64,000 nt of DNA from Deferrisomatales bacterium (GCA_033551855.1 JAWSUI010000009.1:25334-89333); one strand, 5' to 3'. Counted from the first letter of the stretch, positions 10,249 to 20,861 are shown. Numbers and translations: made by a program. Notes: a model not told the origin generated them from the sequence alone.

Positions 10249-11073
10249 CTTCCACTCCCCCCCTACCACCTCGATCCGAGCCATCTCCGCCAGCCGGGGG
10301 CCGTCGATGGCGGCCAGGCTGTCGAGGAGGTTCACTTGGAAGGTGCCCGGTCCCGCAGCTCCCCTCGCCGCGAGCTCCCCGGCGGACCCGAGGTAGGCCA
10401 GGGCTCCCGCTGCTGCTTCCCAGGGATCGCCGGGCACCGCCAGGAAGGCGCCGATCAGGGCGGTTGCGGTACACCCCGTGCCCGTGACCCGGGCCAACAG
10501 GGGGTGGCCGTTGTGAACCCGGCAGGCGCGGTGCCCGTCGGTGACGAAGTCCACCGCCCCCGTGACGGCCACGGCCGCACCGAGCTCCCGGGCAAGGCGG
10601 ACCGCGTCCTCCGCCGCCTTCTCGACGCCGTGGACCGCTTCCACCCCCTTGCCCCCGGCCCCGGGCCGTACCAGAGACAGGACCTCGGAAGCGTTCCCTC
10701 GGAGAACGGAGATCTTCACCTCACGGGTCAGCCGCCGGGCGGCCTCGGTCCGCAGGCGCGTCACCCCCGAACCCACCGGATCCAACACTACCGGAATCCC
10801 TCGATGGTTGGCGGCCCTGCCCGCCTGGGCCATGGCATCGACCCACGGGGGCGAAAGGGTGCCGATGTTGAGCACCAGCGCCCCGGCCGCGGCCACCATC
10901 TCCTCCACCTCCTCCCGGGCGTGCGCCATCACGGGCGCCGCGCCGCAGGCGAGGAGGGCATTGGCCGTCACGTTCATGACCACGTAATTCGTGATGTTGT
11001 GAACCAGGGGGCGCTGCCCCCGCACTCGCTCGAGGCGCTCCGCGGCACCCCGCCCCACGTCCGGCTGCGTCAC
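10243..11073 (-). CDS. thiM: Hydroxyethylthiazole kinase
   Basis: PLVHNITNYVVMNVTANALLACGAAPVMAH, LDPVGSG, RGNASE, TGTGC; GTG start overlaps the thiE stop. Confidence 0.95.
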   Translation of the reverse strand: MTQPDVGRGAAERLERVRGQRPLVHNITNYVVMNVTANALLACGAAPVMAHAREEVEEMVAAAGALVLNIGTLSPPWVDAMAQAGRAANHRGIPVVLDPVGSGVTRLRTEAARRLTREVKISVLRGNASEVLSLVRPGAGGKGVEAVHGVEKAAEDAVRLARELGAAVAVTGAVDFVTDGHRACRVHNGHPLLARVTGTGCTATALIGAFLAVPGDPWEAAAGALAYLGSAGELAARGAAGPGTFQVNLLDSLAAIDGPRLAEMARIEVVGGEWKV

Positions 11074-11747
11074 GTCTCTTCCTCCTCGTCCGGATGGCGG
11101 GCGCCGGGCTCCTCCAGTGCCAGGAGCAGCCGCCGGGTCGCCTCGGCGGGGTCCTCCTCGCAACACACGGCTGAAATCACCGCAAACCCTTGGGCTCCCG
11201 CCCGGAGGACCGCACGAGCCCGTACCGCGTCGATGCCGCCGATGGCGATCACCGGAGCCGGCAACGCCGCCGCCACCTCCCGCAGCAGCTCGAGACCCCT
11301 CACCGGGGCCGCGTCGGCCTTGGAGCCCGTCGGATAGACCGGGCCGAAGCCGACATAGTCCGCGCCCTCCTCGATGCAACGCCGCGCCTGCTCCACCGTA
11401 GACGCCGATCCGCCGATGATCGCCCGCGGCCCGAGCAGGCGGCGCGCGAAGGGGATGGGGGCATCGCTCTGACCCAGGTGGACGCCGTCCGCTTGCGACG
11501 CCAGCGCCACGTCCACCCGATCGTTGACGATGAAGGTAGCGCCGGCAGCCCGGCAAACCTGCCCCATCTGCCGGGCCACGGCGATCAGGACACGGGTGGA
11601 CCCGGTCTTCTGGCGAAACTGAACCACGTGGGCCCCCCCCTCCAAGGCCCGTACGGCCAACTCCACGTGGGAGAAGCGGGTTTGCAGCTCCACATCGGTG
11701 AGCACGTGGACACGCCCGACCCGTTCCGACCTCCTCCATCCGGCCAT
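11070..11747 (-). CDS. thiE: Thiamine phosphate synthase
   Basis: VQFRQK, FIVNDRVDVALA, GVHLGQSD, GPVYPTGSK, AIGGI. Confidence 0.95.
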   Translation of the reverse strand: MAGWRRSERVGRVHVLTDVELQTRFSHVELAVRALEGGAHVVQFRQKTGSTRVLIAVARQMGQVCRAAGATFIVNDRVDVALASQADGVHLGQSDAPIPFARRLLGPRAIIGGSASTVEQARRCIEEGADYVGFGPVYPTGSKADAAPVRGLELLREVAAALPAPVIAIGGIDAVRARAVLRAGAQGFAVISAVCCEEDPAEATRRLLLALEEPGARHPDEEEET

Positions 11748-11878
11748 CGTCACTCTTCTCGGGGCTCCCTCGGCCCTGAACTCCCCCCCTCCGGGCCCCC
11801 GGAGGGGGACATCCCACCGGTCCTCCAGTATAGCAAGGGAAGCGGCGCACCAGAATCCACCGCCACATCGTGGGCCGG

Positions 11879-12157
11879 TCACACCCGGTGCATGTAGCGG
11901 AAGACCTCCGCATCCTGCACCATGACCTGGAGGCCCATCCCTTCGACCGAACCCTGGAGGCGGCGTGCGAGCTCGGGAAGGTCGACCGGGGCCCGGCCGG
12001 CGTCTGCCAGGAGCGTCATCGCGAAGATCGTCCCCCCCAGGATCTTCTGGTTGATGTCTTCGATGTTGACCCCGTTCTCGGCGAGGCAGGTGGCGATGCG
12101 GGCCACGATTCCGACCTGGTCCTGGCCGATCACGGTTACGACCGTCTTCCTGGACAT
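11879..12157 (-). CDS. ACT domain protein (UPF0237-like)
   Basis: MSRKTVVTVIGQDQVGIVARIA...NIEDINQ...VFRYMHRV. Confidence 0.88.
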   Translation of the reverse strand: MSRKTVVTVIGQDQVGIVARIATCLAENGVNIEDINQKILGGTIFAMTLLADAGRAPVDLPELARRLQGSVEGMGLQVMVQDAEVFRYMHRV

Positions 12158-12183
12158 CTCCGTCCTCCTCGGGAGGTCAAAGG

Positions 12184-13290
12184 TCAACGGCTGGTCGCGG
12201 TGCGCGGGGCGCGGGGCGGTCCTCTCGGTTCTTCCGGCCCGGAGGCGAAGGGCAGGGTCCCGGCCACCAGGAACGCGGCACCCAGGAGGAGCACCGCCTG
12301 GGTCTCTCCCACCGGCAAGCCGGCGGACGGGACGAGCACCACTCCCAGCGCAATCGCCACCCCCGCCGCCACAATGGCAGTGAACCTTCCCCCCAAGCCC
12401 AGGAGGGAGCCGGGGATCCCGCCCGCCCCGAAGGCCAGCGCCTGAAAGATATCTGCCCTTCGACTCGGGGCCAGAAGCTGGAGCGACTCGAGGCCCAGCC
12501 CGAGGAGCACCGCCGCCCCGAGCCCGACGGCAGCCCGCTGCAGCGGCTTTGCCGCCCGTTCCGTCCGGGCGACAAGCGCGGCGCAGATCGCCCCCAGAAG
12601 GATCAGGTGCCCCGATGAGGTGATCCAGGACCACCAACCGGGGAACCGGCGGAAGCTCGAGGTGAAACCCTGGGTCTGGCTCCAGAGGGTGCCGGTCTGC
12701 ACCGTGCCCGGCAGCAAGGCCCACACGGCGAGGCACACCGCCCACAAAGCAAAGAGGGCATGGACCGTCTCCCCCCGGGCGAGAGCCTCCCCCCATTCCC
12801 ACACGACCTCCCGGACGCACGTCTCCCATAGGCGCCCAACCCCCACTCCCAACAGGGCCCCGAGCCCATCCACGACCACGTCCGTCGCCGTGGTGCGCCG
12901 CGCGGGGAGGAACAACTGGAGGGCTTCTACGATCAAGCTCAGGACGAGGGCAGCCGCCAGCACCTTCCCCAGCCGGCCCCGGCGCCCATACATCAAGCGC
13001 CACCCAGTGAACCCGAAGGGCAGGAAGAGGCCGAGATTGGCGAAGACGTCGCTCCAGAGCGGCGGCCGCCCCCTCTCCACGAAGGGGATCCACTGGATGT
13101 CGCTGACGGCGCGGGAGAGGGCTTCCGGTGACGCATCTCCCGTGAAGGGCATAAGGGTCCACCACAGGATCAACAAGACCGACGCTGCCCAGGCAAGGGC
13201 TCGGGCCCAGGTCGGCGTCTCGAGCCGGTTGTGGGGGTTCCTTCGACCGGTCCGGCGCAGGGCTTGCGACGCTCGCTCGGATGGGGCCAT
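12184..13290 (-). CDS. VanZ family membrane protein
   Basis: DVFANLGLFLPFG, VEALQLFLPARR..ATDV; a second ESLQLLAPSR motif; multiple TM segments. Confidence 0.8.
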   Translation of the reverse strand: MAPSERASQALRRTGRRNPHNRLETPTWARALAWAASVLLILWWTLMPFTGDASPEALSRAVSDIQWIPFVERGRPPLWSDVFANLGLFLPFGFTGWRLMYGRRGRLGKVLAAALVLSLIVEALQLFLPARRTTATDVVVDGLGALLGVGVGRLWETCVREVVWEWGEALARGETVHALFALWAVCLAVWALLPGTVQTGTLWSQTQGFTSSFRRFPGWWSWITSSGHLILLGAICAALVARTERAAKPLQRAAVGLGAAVLLGLGLESLQLLAPSRRADIFQALAFGAGGIPGSLLGLGGRFTAIVAAGVAIALGVVLVPSAGLPVGETQAVLLLGAAFLVAGTLPFASGPEEPRGPPRAPRTATSR

Positions 13291-13351
13291 CGGCGGATGC
13301 TGGCACAGGGACGAAGCGACCGTCAAGAATGGCCAGCCCCGCCCACGAGGG

Positions 13352-13735
13352 TTACCCTCGGGCCAGGGCCTCCCGCGCGCGCTCCGCCGCAGCCTCGGCG
13401 AGCTTCGGGTGTCCTCCCAGCACCTCGGCTGCACGGAACTCCACCCCCGGGTGCCTGGCCGTCAGTCGCTCGAGCTCGCGGGGTATCTCCTCGCGCACGT
13501 GGGCGCCGGGGAACAGGAAGAAGGGAAGCACGACCACCCTGCGGAACCCGGCGGCCACACAGCGATCTGCAGCCTCGGCGAGACCAGGCCGACGCAACTG
13601 GAGAAAGGCCACCTCCACCCGCACGGGCCCGAGGAGGTCCGCCAACTGCCGCGCCACGGCGCCCAGGCCTTCGATGGCCTCAGGGAGCCGGCTTCCGTGG
13701 CCCAGCAGGATGATCGCAGCGTCCTCCTCCCCCAT
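13352..13735 (-). CDS. cbiX: Sirohydrochlorin chelatase, short CbiX/SirB family
   Basis: IILLGHGSR, AFLQL..P, VLPFFLFPGAHVREEIP, LGGHP. Confidence 0.85.
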   Translation of the reverse strand: MGEEDAAIILLGHGSRLPEAIEGLGAVARQLADLLGPVRVEVAFLQLRRPGLAEAADRCVAAGFRRVVVLPFFLFPGAHVREEIPRELERLTARHPGVEFRAAEVLGGHPKLAEAAAERAREALARG

Positions 13736-13858
13736 CGTCCGGGACCTCCGCACCGATGTCGGACCAAGGCCGCGACGGTCACGTACGCGTCCCCGGGTGT
13801 CAAGAGCAGGGCCGCCCCGCCCGCCCGCAGGGGGGTCAAGTGGTCGTCGGCAGAGTTT

Positions 13859-14905
13859 CTACAGGGCCCCCGCGCCCTCGATCCCATCCATCACCTGGAG
13901 CTTCTCGATCAGGTCTGCAACCCGACAGGCATAACCCCACTCGTTGTCGTACCAGGCCACCACCTTCGCCATCCGGTCCTGGCGCACGTGGGTGAGTTGG
14001 GCGTCGACGATGGCCGAGTGAGGGTCGCCGATGATGTCGACGGAGACGATGGGGTCGGTGGTGTAGTCCATGATCCCCTGCAGGGGCCCTCGGCAGGCGG
14101 CCCGCATGGCCTCGTTGATCTCCTCGGCGGTCGCCTTCCTCTCCAGCATCACCGTGAGGTCGATGAGGGAGCCCGTGGGGACCGGGACGCGAAACGCGAG
14201 ACCCTCGATCCTCCCGTCCAGCTCCGGGATCACGATCCCCAGCGCCTTCGCCGCCCCGGTGGAGGTCGGGATGATCGACAGGGTAGCCATCCGGGCCCGA
14301 CGGAAGTCCTTGTGGGGATAGTCGAACAGCCGCTGGTCGTTGGTGAAGGCGTGCACCGTCGAGAGGTACCCCTTGGCGATGCCCCAGTTCTCCAGGAGCA
14401 CCTTCGCCACCGGTGCCGCGCAGTTGGTCGTGCAGGAGGAGTTGGAGATGATGGCGTGCTCGGGGCGAATGACGTGATCGTTCACCCCCATCACGATGGT
14501 GGCGTCGAGGGGGTCCTTCGACGGAACCGTGAGGATCACCCGCTTGGCGCCGGACCGGAGGTGTCCCTCCAGCTGGGAGACCCGGCGGAACACCCCTGTG
14601 GATTCCACCACGTAATCCACCCCGAGATCCGCCCAGGGCAGCTCCAAGGGATCGCCGCTGCGCTTGGCGGCACCCTTGATGACCTGCATGGCGTCGCCGT
14701 CGATCACCATTCGACCGTCCCGCAACTCCACGCTCCCGGGGAACCGGCCGTGGATGGAGTCGTACTTCGTGACCATGTACAGCGCCTCGATATCCGCCAA
14801 ATCGTGAAGGGCCACGAAATCGAAGTTCTTCTTGTACTTCTTGGCGGCCCGGAGCACGAGGCGGCCGATGCGGCCGTACCCGTTGATGGCGATGCGAACG
14901 GCCAT
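13859..14905 (-). CDS. gap: Type I glyceraldehyde-3-phosphate dehydrogenase
   Basis: AINGYGRIGR, SSCTTNC, IIPTSTGAAKA, WYDNEWGY. Confidence 0.95.
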   Translation of the reverse strand: MAVRIAINGYGRIGRLVLRAAKKYKKNFDFVALHDLADIEALYMVTKYDSIHGRFPGSVELRDGRMVIDGDAMQVIKGAAKRSGDPLELPWADLGVDYVVESTGVFRRVSQLEGHLRSGAKRVILTVPSKDPLDATIVMGVNDHVIRPEHAIISNSSCTTNCAAPVAKVLLENWGIAKGYLSTVHAFTNDQRLFDYPHKDFRRARMATLSIIPTSTGAAKALGIVIPELDGRIEGLAFRVPVPTGSLIDLTVMLERKATAEEINEAMRAACRGPLQGIMDYTTDPIVSVDIIGDPHSAIVDAQLTHVRQDRMAKVVAWYDNEWGYACRVADLIEKLQVMDGIEGAGAL

Positions 14906-15034
14906 GGCGAGTCCTCCTGGAGACAAGGGGAGACGCGAGGCTCCCCGATATGGTCAACGGCCCGCCCCAGGATAGCCCGGGGCCGAGATGCCGCAACCCG
15001 GCGCAGCCGCTTCCCCCGGCGTCGCAGGTGCGGA

Positions 15035-15694
15035 TCAGCGGATCCGCCTGGCCACCTCGTCGCCGATCGCCGTGAGCTCGACCCCGGCCCGGTGGAAGAG
15101 CTCCCCCCACGTGGACGCCCCAGACCGGACGCTGGCGAGGAATGCCGCGGGCTCCGATCCCGCGACCCGAGCCAAGAGCACCGCCGCCAGCGTTTCGGCG
15201 TCCGTGGCCCCTGCGCTCCGGAGGGCCTGGACCGCCTCGGGGGCGGCCCCTAGCCGCTCCGACGCTGCGGCGTCCACCACCGCCGAAGCGAGAACCGCGT
15301 CCGGCGAACCGCGCCGCAGGACGCCGTTCAATTCCCCTCCGACCCGCTCCGGTCGCACTCCGAGCCTGTCGAGGGCGTCCGCCCAGTTCCCCGAGCGGGC
15401 CCGGGCGTCCAGGAGCTCCGGGGCAGAGAGCCCGCTCTTCGCCCCCACGAAATGGGCGAGCCACAGATCCTCGTTCGCGGTGCCGGTCATCTTCGCCTGG
15501 ACGACCGATCGTTTCTCGATCCCGAAGGCGGAGGCCATCACGGAGTTCTGCACCGTGGCCAGCACGTAGGGATCCGCTGCCGCCGGCCGCGCGGGGTCGA
15601 AGGAGCGGTCCCGGAAACAGTGGCAGGATACGGCCCGGCCCTCTGCCGGGGCGCTGGCCAGGGCCAACAGGACACAAAGGAGAAGAACTCGCAT
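15035..15694 (-). CDS. Secreted hypothetical protein
   Basis: Signal peptide MRVLLLCVLLALASAPAEG followed by SCHCFRDRSFDP; start inferred. Confidence 0.7.
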   Translation of the reverse strand: MRVLLLCVLLALASAPAEGRAVSCHCFRDRSFDPARPAAADPYVLATVQNSVMASAFGIEKRSVVQAKMTGTANEDLWLAHFVGAKSGLSAPELLDARARSGNWADALDRLGVRPERVGGELNGVLRRGSPDAVLASAVVDAAASERLGAAPEAVQALRSAGATDAETLAAVLLARVAGSEPAAFLASVRSGASTWGELFHRAGVELTAIGDEVARRIR

Positions 15695-15843
15695 GGCTGC
15701 TCCCAGGACACATGGGTGGACGGACCCCTGGATCCACCGGCTGGTTCGCAAGCGGGGTCCGGGAGCCCCTGCGTTTCGCCCCCCAAAACGCGGCAACTGG
15801 AAAAAGTGTCCCAGCCGTCCCCGGTGCGCCGGGCTTCACCCGC

Positions 15844-15900
15844 TTGCGCCGGCCTCGTCGGGTCGGTGGATGCGGCGCGGAACTGCACTCCAGGGCTCCC
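15844..15900 (+). repeat. Intergenic repeat family B, copy 1
   Basis: 46/57 ungapped identity with 31731-31787 (manual count). Confidence 0.65.
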
Positions 15901-16120
15901 GGACTGCGCCCCGCAATCTGGATTCTGGGACCGCCCCAGTGTGTCGCCGTCTCGCCGCACGAGCCTTGACTCCGGTCAAGACCTCCCAGGAAGGGGGATT
16001 CCCGGGCGGTGCCGCGGGGCTCCACCCCCCCCCTTTACACGCGACCCCGTCTGGGGTACCAAGGGCCCCCCAAAGCGGGGAACTGCAAGAGGAGCCCCGA
16101 GAGGGCTGCGGAGGAAGAGC

Positions 16121-17890
16121 GTGAAACCCCTTCGAGAGAAGCTTTCGTCCCTGGTCGCCGAGGCCTTCCGTACCGCCGGGCTGGATCCTTCCCTCGGAGA
16201 GGTGGTGGTGTCGGCTCGGCCGGATCTGGGGCAGTTCCAATGCAATGGGCCCCTGCCGGCGGCCAAGGCAGCCAAGGCGAACCCGCGTCAGATCGCCCAG
16301 GCCGTCGTGGACCGCCTCGCCCACGACGACGTGTTTCGCTACGTGTCCGTGGCGGGCCCCGGCTTCATCAACCTCAGCCTCACGGACGAGTTTCTGGCGA
16401 CCCACGCCCGGGAAATGCGGTCGGACCAGAACCTGGGCTGCGCTCCCGTCGCCTCGCCCCAGAGGATCGTGCTGGACTACGGAGGGCCGAACATCGCGAA
16501 GCCCATGCACGTGGGGCACCTGCGGGCCGCCATCATCGGGGAGAGCCTGAAGCGCCTGGCCCGTTATCTGGGCCACGACGTGGTGGGCGACGTGCACCTG
16601 GGGGACTGGGGCCTCCAGATGGGCATGGTGATCGCGGAGCTGGCTCGGAGACGCCCCGACCTGCCCTATTTCGAGGCGACCCGCTCCGGGCCATACCCAT
16701 CGGCGTCCCCGGTGTCCGCGTCCGAGCTGGAGGAGATCTACCCCACCGCGAGTCAGCGGGCCAAGGCGGACCCCGGCTTCGCCGAGGCTGCCCGTCAGGC
16801 CACCTTCGAGCTCCAACAGGGGCGTCCCGGCTACCGGGCCCTCTGGCGGCACCTCGTGGACGTCTCGGTGGCGGAGCTCAAGGCCGACTACGACCGACTC
16901 GAGGTGGGGTTCGACCTCTGGTTGGGGGAGAGTGACGCCCAACCCTGGATCCCTCCCCTCATCGAGCGGCTCCGAGCCGGCGGGCACGCCCGCGAGAGCG
17001 AGGGCGCCCTCGTGGTGGACGTGGCAGAAGCCGGGGATGCAAAGGAGCTGCCGCCGCTGCTCCTCCTCAAGTCCGACGGCGCGGCCCTCTACGGAACCAC
17101 GGACCTGGCGACCCTGGACCACCGGGTACGGGACCTCGGGGCGCAACGAGTCCTCTACGTCGTCGACAAACGCCAAGCAGACCACTTCACACAGGTCTTC
17201 CGCGCGGCCCGAAGGACAGGCATCGCCCCCCCCGCCGTGGGGCTCGAGCACATCGGCTTCGGCACCATGAACGGATCGGACGGGAGACCGTTCAAGACCC
17301 GCGAGGGGGGGGTCATGAAGCTTCGCGACCTCCTGGATCTCGTCACCGCCAAGGCACGGGAGAGGATCCGAGAGGCCGGGGTCGCCCGGGACTACCCGCC
17401 GGACGAGGTGGAGCGGATCGCGCAGTTGGTGGGGATCGCCACCCTCAAGTATGCCGACCTGTCCAACCACCGGGCAAAGGACTACATTTTTGACCTGGAG
17501 CGCTTCTCGTCCTTCGAGGGGCGAACCGGGCCGTACCTCTTGTACGCTGCGGTGCGAACCCGCTCCATCCTGCGCAAGGCTGCCGAGGCCGGGCTCGTGC
17601 CCGGCACGCTGGCGCCCGCGGCGGACGACGTGGAGCGCGGTGTCCTGCTGACCCTCGCGAGATACCCGGACTCCCTCCACGCCGCTTTCGAGAATCGCGC
17701 CCCGAACATCCTTTGCGATTACGCCTACGAGCTGGCAACGGCCTTCACCCGCTTCTACCAGGAGCACCACATCCTCAGCCAAACCGACCCCGCCCGCCGG
17801 GCGTCCTGGCTCGGCCTGTGCGATCTCACGGTGAGGGTGCTCCTCCAGGTCCTGGAGCTGCTGGGGATCCGGGTGCCCGAGCGGATGTGA
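16121..17890 (+). CDS. argS: Arginine--tRNA ligase
   Basis: GPGFIN, PNIAKPMHVGHLR, GDWGLQMG, FKTREGG, GPYLLYA, LGIRVPERM; GTG after GGAGG. Confidence 0.96.
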   Translation: MKPLREKLSSLVAEAFRTAGLDPSLGEVVVSARPDLGQFQCNGPLPAAKAAKANPRQIAQAVVDRLAHDDVFRYVSVAGPGFINLSLTDEFLATHAREMRSDQNLGCAPVASPQRIVLDYGGPNIAKPMHVGHLRAAIIGESLKRLARYLGHDVVGDVHLGDWGLQMGMVIAELARRRPDLPYFEATRSGPYPSASPVSASELEEIYPTASQRAKADPGFAEAARQATFELQQGRPGYRALWRHLVDVSVAELKADYDRLEVGFDLWLGESDAQPWIPPLIERLRAGGHARESEGALVVDVAEAGDAKELPPLLLLKSDGAALYGTTDLATLDHRVRDLGAQRVLYVVDKRQADHFTQVFRAARRTGIAPPAVGLEHIGFGTMNGSDGRPFKTREGGVMKLRDLLDLVTAKARERIREAGVARDYPPDEVERIAQLVGIATLKYADLSNHRAKDYIFDLERFSSFEGRTGPYLLYAAVRTRSILRKAAEAGLVPGTLAPAADDVERGVLLTLARYPDSLHAAFENRAPNILCDYAYELATAFTRFYQEHHILSQTDPARRASWLGLCDLTVRVLLQVLELLGIRVPERM

Positions 17891-17999
17891 GAAGGCCCGA
17901 GGGCAGGGCATGAGAAAGATCTCATGCCGATTTCAGGATGCTCTCATCTCGCAGCCTTATTCTACGGCTGGAATGATCGATTGACGCAGGAGGTGGAAC

Positions 18000-19403
18000 A
18001 TGAAACAGAGGAAGATCTTTCCGTTCCTGACGGTGCTCGCTGCGCTGGCGGCGGGCGCGTACGCGGCTTGGGCCGCTCCCGCTCCGGAGTCCTTCGCTCC
18101 CTTGGCGGAGCGCTTGACGCCCAGCGTGGTCAACATCTCTACCACGAGCACCGTTCGACCCTCGGCCCCCTTCCGCGCCCCCCCGAGGGGAAGGGACCCC
18201 TTTCGGGAGTTTTTCGGTGAGGAGTTCTTCCGTCGGTTCTTCGGCGAAGACGCTCCGCGGGAGTTTCGCTCCCAGAGCCTGGGCTCCGGGTTCATTCTCG
18301 ATCGGGAGGGGTACGTCATCACCAACAACCACGTCGTGCGCAACGCCGACCAGATCGTGGTGAAGCTTTCCGACGAAGTGGAGTTCGAGGCGAAGGTGGT
18401 GGGCACCGACCCGAAGACCGATCTTGCCCTCATCCAGTTCGACCCCAAGGGCGTGACCCTGCAACCCGTGGAGATGGGGGACTCCGACGCCCTTCGCGTG
18501 GGCGAGTGGGTCATGGCCATCGGCAACCCCTTCGGCTACGGCCACACCGTTACCGCCGGCATCGTGAGCGCCAAGGGACGCGTCATCGGCGCAGGGGCTT
18601 ACGACGACTTCATCCAGACCGATGCGGCGATCAACCCCGGGAACTCCGGCGGCCCCCTGTTCGACGCCGGTGGGCGCGTGGTCGGGATCAACACGGCCAT
18701 CGTGGCGGGGGGTACCGGCATCGGGTTTGCGATCCCCGTGAACCTGGCCAAGCAGGTGGTCACCCAACTCAAGGACCAAGGCAAGGTCACCCGCGGCTGG
18801 CTAGGGGTCATGATCCAGCAGGTCACCCCCGAGCTCGCCAGACAGTTCGGACTGGAGGAGACCCGCGGCGCCCTGGTGGGCGGGGTGACGCCCGGCGGGC
18901 CCGCGGAGAAAGCCGGGCTGCTGCGCGGTGACGTCATCTTGGAGTTCGACCGGGTCGCGGTGGGCCGAATGAGCGAGCTCCCGCGCCTGGTGGCTCAGCG
19001 CGCACCGGGGAGCAAGGTCGAGGTGCTCGTGCTGCGCAAGGGCGAGCGGAAGACCCTCACCGTCACCCTCGGCGAGCTCAAAGACGAGACCGTGGCGGCA
19101 GCAGAGCCCGCCTCCGAGCAGGAGCTCGGCCTCACGGTGCAGGAGATCAGCCCGGAGCTTCGGGCCCATCTGGAGTTGGATACGGACCAAGGCCTGGTGA
19201 TCTCGGGGGTGGATCCCAGCGGCCCCGCGGCCGGCGCGGGTCTGCGACGGGGCGACGTGATCCTGGAGGTGAACCAGCAAGAGGTAGCGGATCTCGACTC
19301 CTACCGGCGCGCCCTGGGGGCTGCGGAGGGCAAGGACAGCGTGCTGTTCCTGATCCGGCGCGGCCAGGGCAGCCTGTACGTAGTGGTTCCCATGAAGACG
19401 TGA
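18000..19403 (+). CDS. degP: Do/DegP family serine endoprotease with two PDZ domains
   Basis: SLGSGFI, TNNHVV, DLAL, QTDAAINPGNSGGPL; two PDZ domains. Confidence 0.93.
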   Translation: MKQRKIFPFLTVLAALAAGAYAAWAAPAPESFAPLAERLTPSVVNISTTSTVRPSAPFRAPPRGRDPFREFFGEEFFRRFFGEDAPREFRSQSLGSGFILDREGYVITNNHVVRNADQIVVKLSDEVEFEAKVVGTDPKTDLALIQFDPKGVTLQPVEMGDSDALRVGEWVMAIGNPFGYGHTVTAGIVSAKGRVIGAGAYDDFIQTDAAINPGNSGGPLFDAGGRVVGINTAIVAGGTGIGFAIPVNLAKQVVTQLKDQGKVTRGWLGVMIQQVTPELARQFGLEETRGALVGGVTPGGPAEKAGLLRGDVILEFDRVAVGRMSELPRLVAQRAPGSKVEVLVLRKGERKTLTVTLGELKDETVAAAEPASEQELGLTVQEISPELRAHLELDTDQGLVISGVDPSGPAAGAGLRRGDVILEVNQQEVADLDSYRRALGAAEGKDSVLFLIRRGQGSLYVVVPMKT

Positions 19404-19426
19404 CGCGCTCCCCGGAGGAGACGTCG

Positions 19427-19459
19427 AGAGGGGCCCCCCGCGGGGGCCCCTCTGTTTTT
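19427..19459 (+). terminator. Rho-independent terminator
   Basis: 12-bp stem agaggggccccc/gggggcccctct followed by gttttt. Confidence 0.8.
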
Positions 19460-19492
19460 CTGGTTCCTCCGGCAAACGCCCGGCCGGGCTCC

Positions 19493-20461
19493 TCACCGAG
19501 GCCCGCCGCCACCGGGCTCCAGGGTCCGCAGGGTGTGTTGATAAGGGGAAGGGTCCATTCCCAGCAGCCGGGCATTCCCCACGGCCCTCTCTGCCAGGAC
19601 ACGGGCCTCGCCGGCGCGCCCGGCCTGCGCCAGCAGCAGGGCCAGGTTGTTCAGGGGCTCGGGCCGGCCGGACCCCACGGCGTGGGATCGGCGAAACGCA
19701 TCCTCGGCGCCCGGCAGGTCTCCCACGGCATAACGTGCATTGCCCAGTCCGAAGGTGCCCCGCCAGTCGCCCGCCCAGCGGCGGGCAAAGGCCTCATAGC
19801 CGGCCCCGGCCTGGAGGGCGTGGCCACCCTCTTCCAGGTCCGCCAGACTCTCGAGGATCCCCTCCCGATCGTCTCCCGCTGGAAGCCGGCCCGGGGGGAG
19901 GGCGAGGAGCCCGAAGGCGCCGCCCCGCTCCCAGGTGCGCCGGAGTCTTCCCAAGGCCACCCCCTCGGGGGCCGGGCCGCCTGCGTGGAGCACGGCGATC
20001 CCCTCGCTCAGGTCATATCCCGTGAGCACCGAGTAGTGCCACCGCGGCAGCCACCCCAACCCTCGGTTTTCCAGGAGGAGGACGGGATGCCCCGCGCCCG
20101 CTTCGGCCAGGAGCGCCTCGAAATGGGGGCGAACCCGGTAGGCCAGGAGCCCGCGGGCCCGAACCTCCCGGGGGAGATCGATGGGCAGGGTGCCGGAGCG
20201 ACCGGGGAGGTACACGAGGGGGGCGAGGGCCTCCGGCGTCTCCGGGTGCCCCGCCCAGGCGAGGAGGGAGGCCAGGGAGGTGGGACCGCAGTGGTCCTCG
20301 GTCTGCACCAGGACCGGAACGCCCTCCACCCGCGCCCGTGGGGGAAGCTCCACGTCCCGCAGGCGAGAGAGCCCGGAGGCGCACCCCCCCAGCGTCCCCG
20401 CCAGGGGAAGCGCCACCGCGAGCAGACAGACGGCGCGGGCACGTCCGTGGACACCCCCCAC
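19493..20461 (-). CDS. PA2778-like C39 family cysteine peptidase with TPR, lipoprotein
   Basis: Lipobox LGGC; QTEDHCGPTSLA, VYLPGRSGT, WHYSVLTGYD; TPR segment LNNLA. Confidence 0.85.
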   Translation of the reverse strand: MGGVHGRARAVCLLAVALPLAGTLGGCASGLSRLRDVELPPRARVEGVPVLVQTEDHCGPTSLASLLAWAGHPETPEALAPLVYLPGRSGTLPIDLPREVRARGLLAYRVRPHFEALLAEAGAGHPVLLLENRGLGWLPRWHYSVLTGYDLSEGIAVLHAGGPAPEGVALGRLRRTWERGGAFGLLALPPGRLPAGDDREGILESLADLEEGGHALQAGAGYEAFARRWAGDWRGTFGLGNARYAVGDLPGAEDAFRRSHAVGSGRPEPLNNLALLLAQAGRAGEARVLAERAVGNARLLGMDPSPYQHTLRTLEPGGGGPR

Positions 20462-20465
20462 GCCG

Positions 20466-20861
20466 TCAGCGAACCGATTTCTTGACGAAGGGGAAGACGT
20501 TGGTGAACCCGAGGATGTCCGTGATCAGGAGCACGATGAAGATAAACAGGACGGCGGCGATGACGACCCCGACCCCATTGCCGGCCGCCGGAAGGCGGTC
20601 CCACTCGTCCAGGGCCCGCTGGGCCTCTGCGTCCGTGAGGCCGGCGACCCGGCGCACCGCTTCCGCCCGGTCCACCCCGTAGGCCTCCAGCGCCCGCGCC
20701 ACGTCCTCCCGCTCGAGGACGGAGACCAGCCGGGCCTGGGGCCCTTCGACCGTCGCGCGGGTCGACACCCAGCCGGCCGTCGCGGGGGAGGTGGGCAAGG
20801 ACAGGCACAGGACGGCAAAGACAACTAAGAGGGACGTGAGCTCTTTCCAGGGGCGGGACAT
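20466..20861 (-). CDS. PA2779 family protein
   Basis: LEREDVARALEAYGVD..EAVRRVAGLTDAE...FIVLLITDILG; adjacent to the PA2778-like gene. Confidence 0.85.
   Translation of the reverse strand: MSRPWKELTSLLVVFAVLCLSLPTSPATAGWVSTRATVEGPQARLVSVLEREDVARALEAYGVDRAEAVRRVAGLTDAEAQRALDEWDRLPAAGNGVGVVIAAVLFIFIVLLITDILGFTNVFPFVKKSVR

Noticed and set aside
11750..11880. TPP riboswitch upstream of thiE
   Set aside because: No CUGAGA or ACCUGA core motifs; only a TATACT -10-like box
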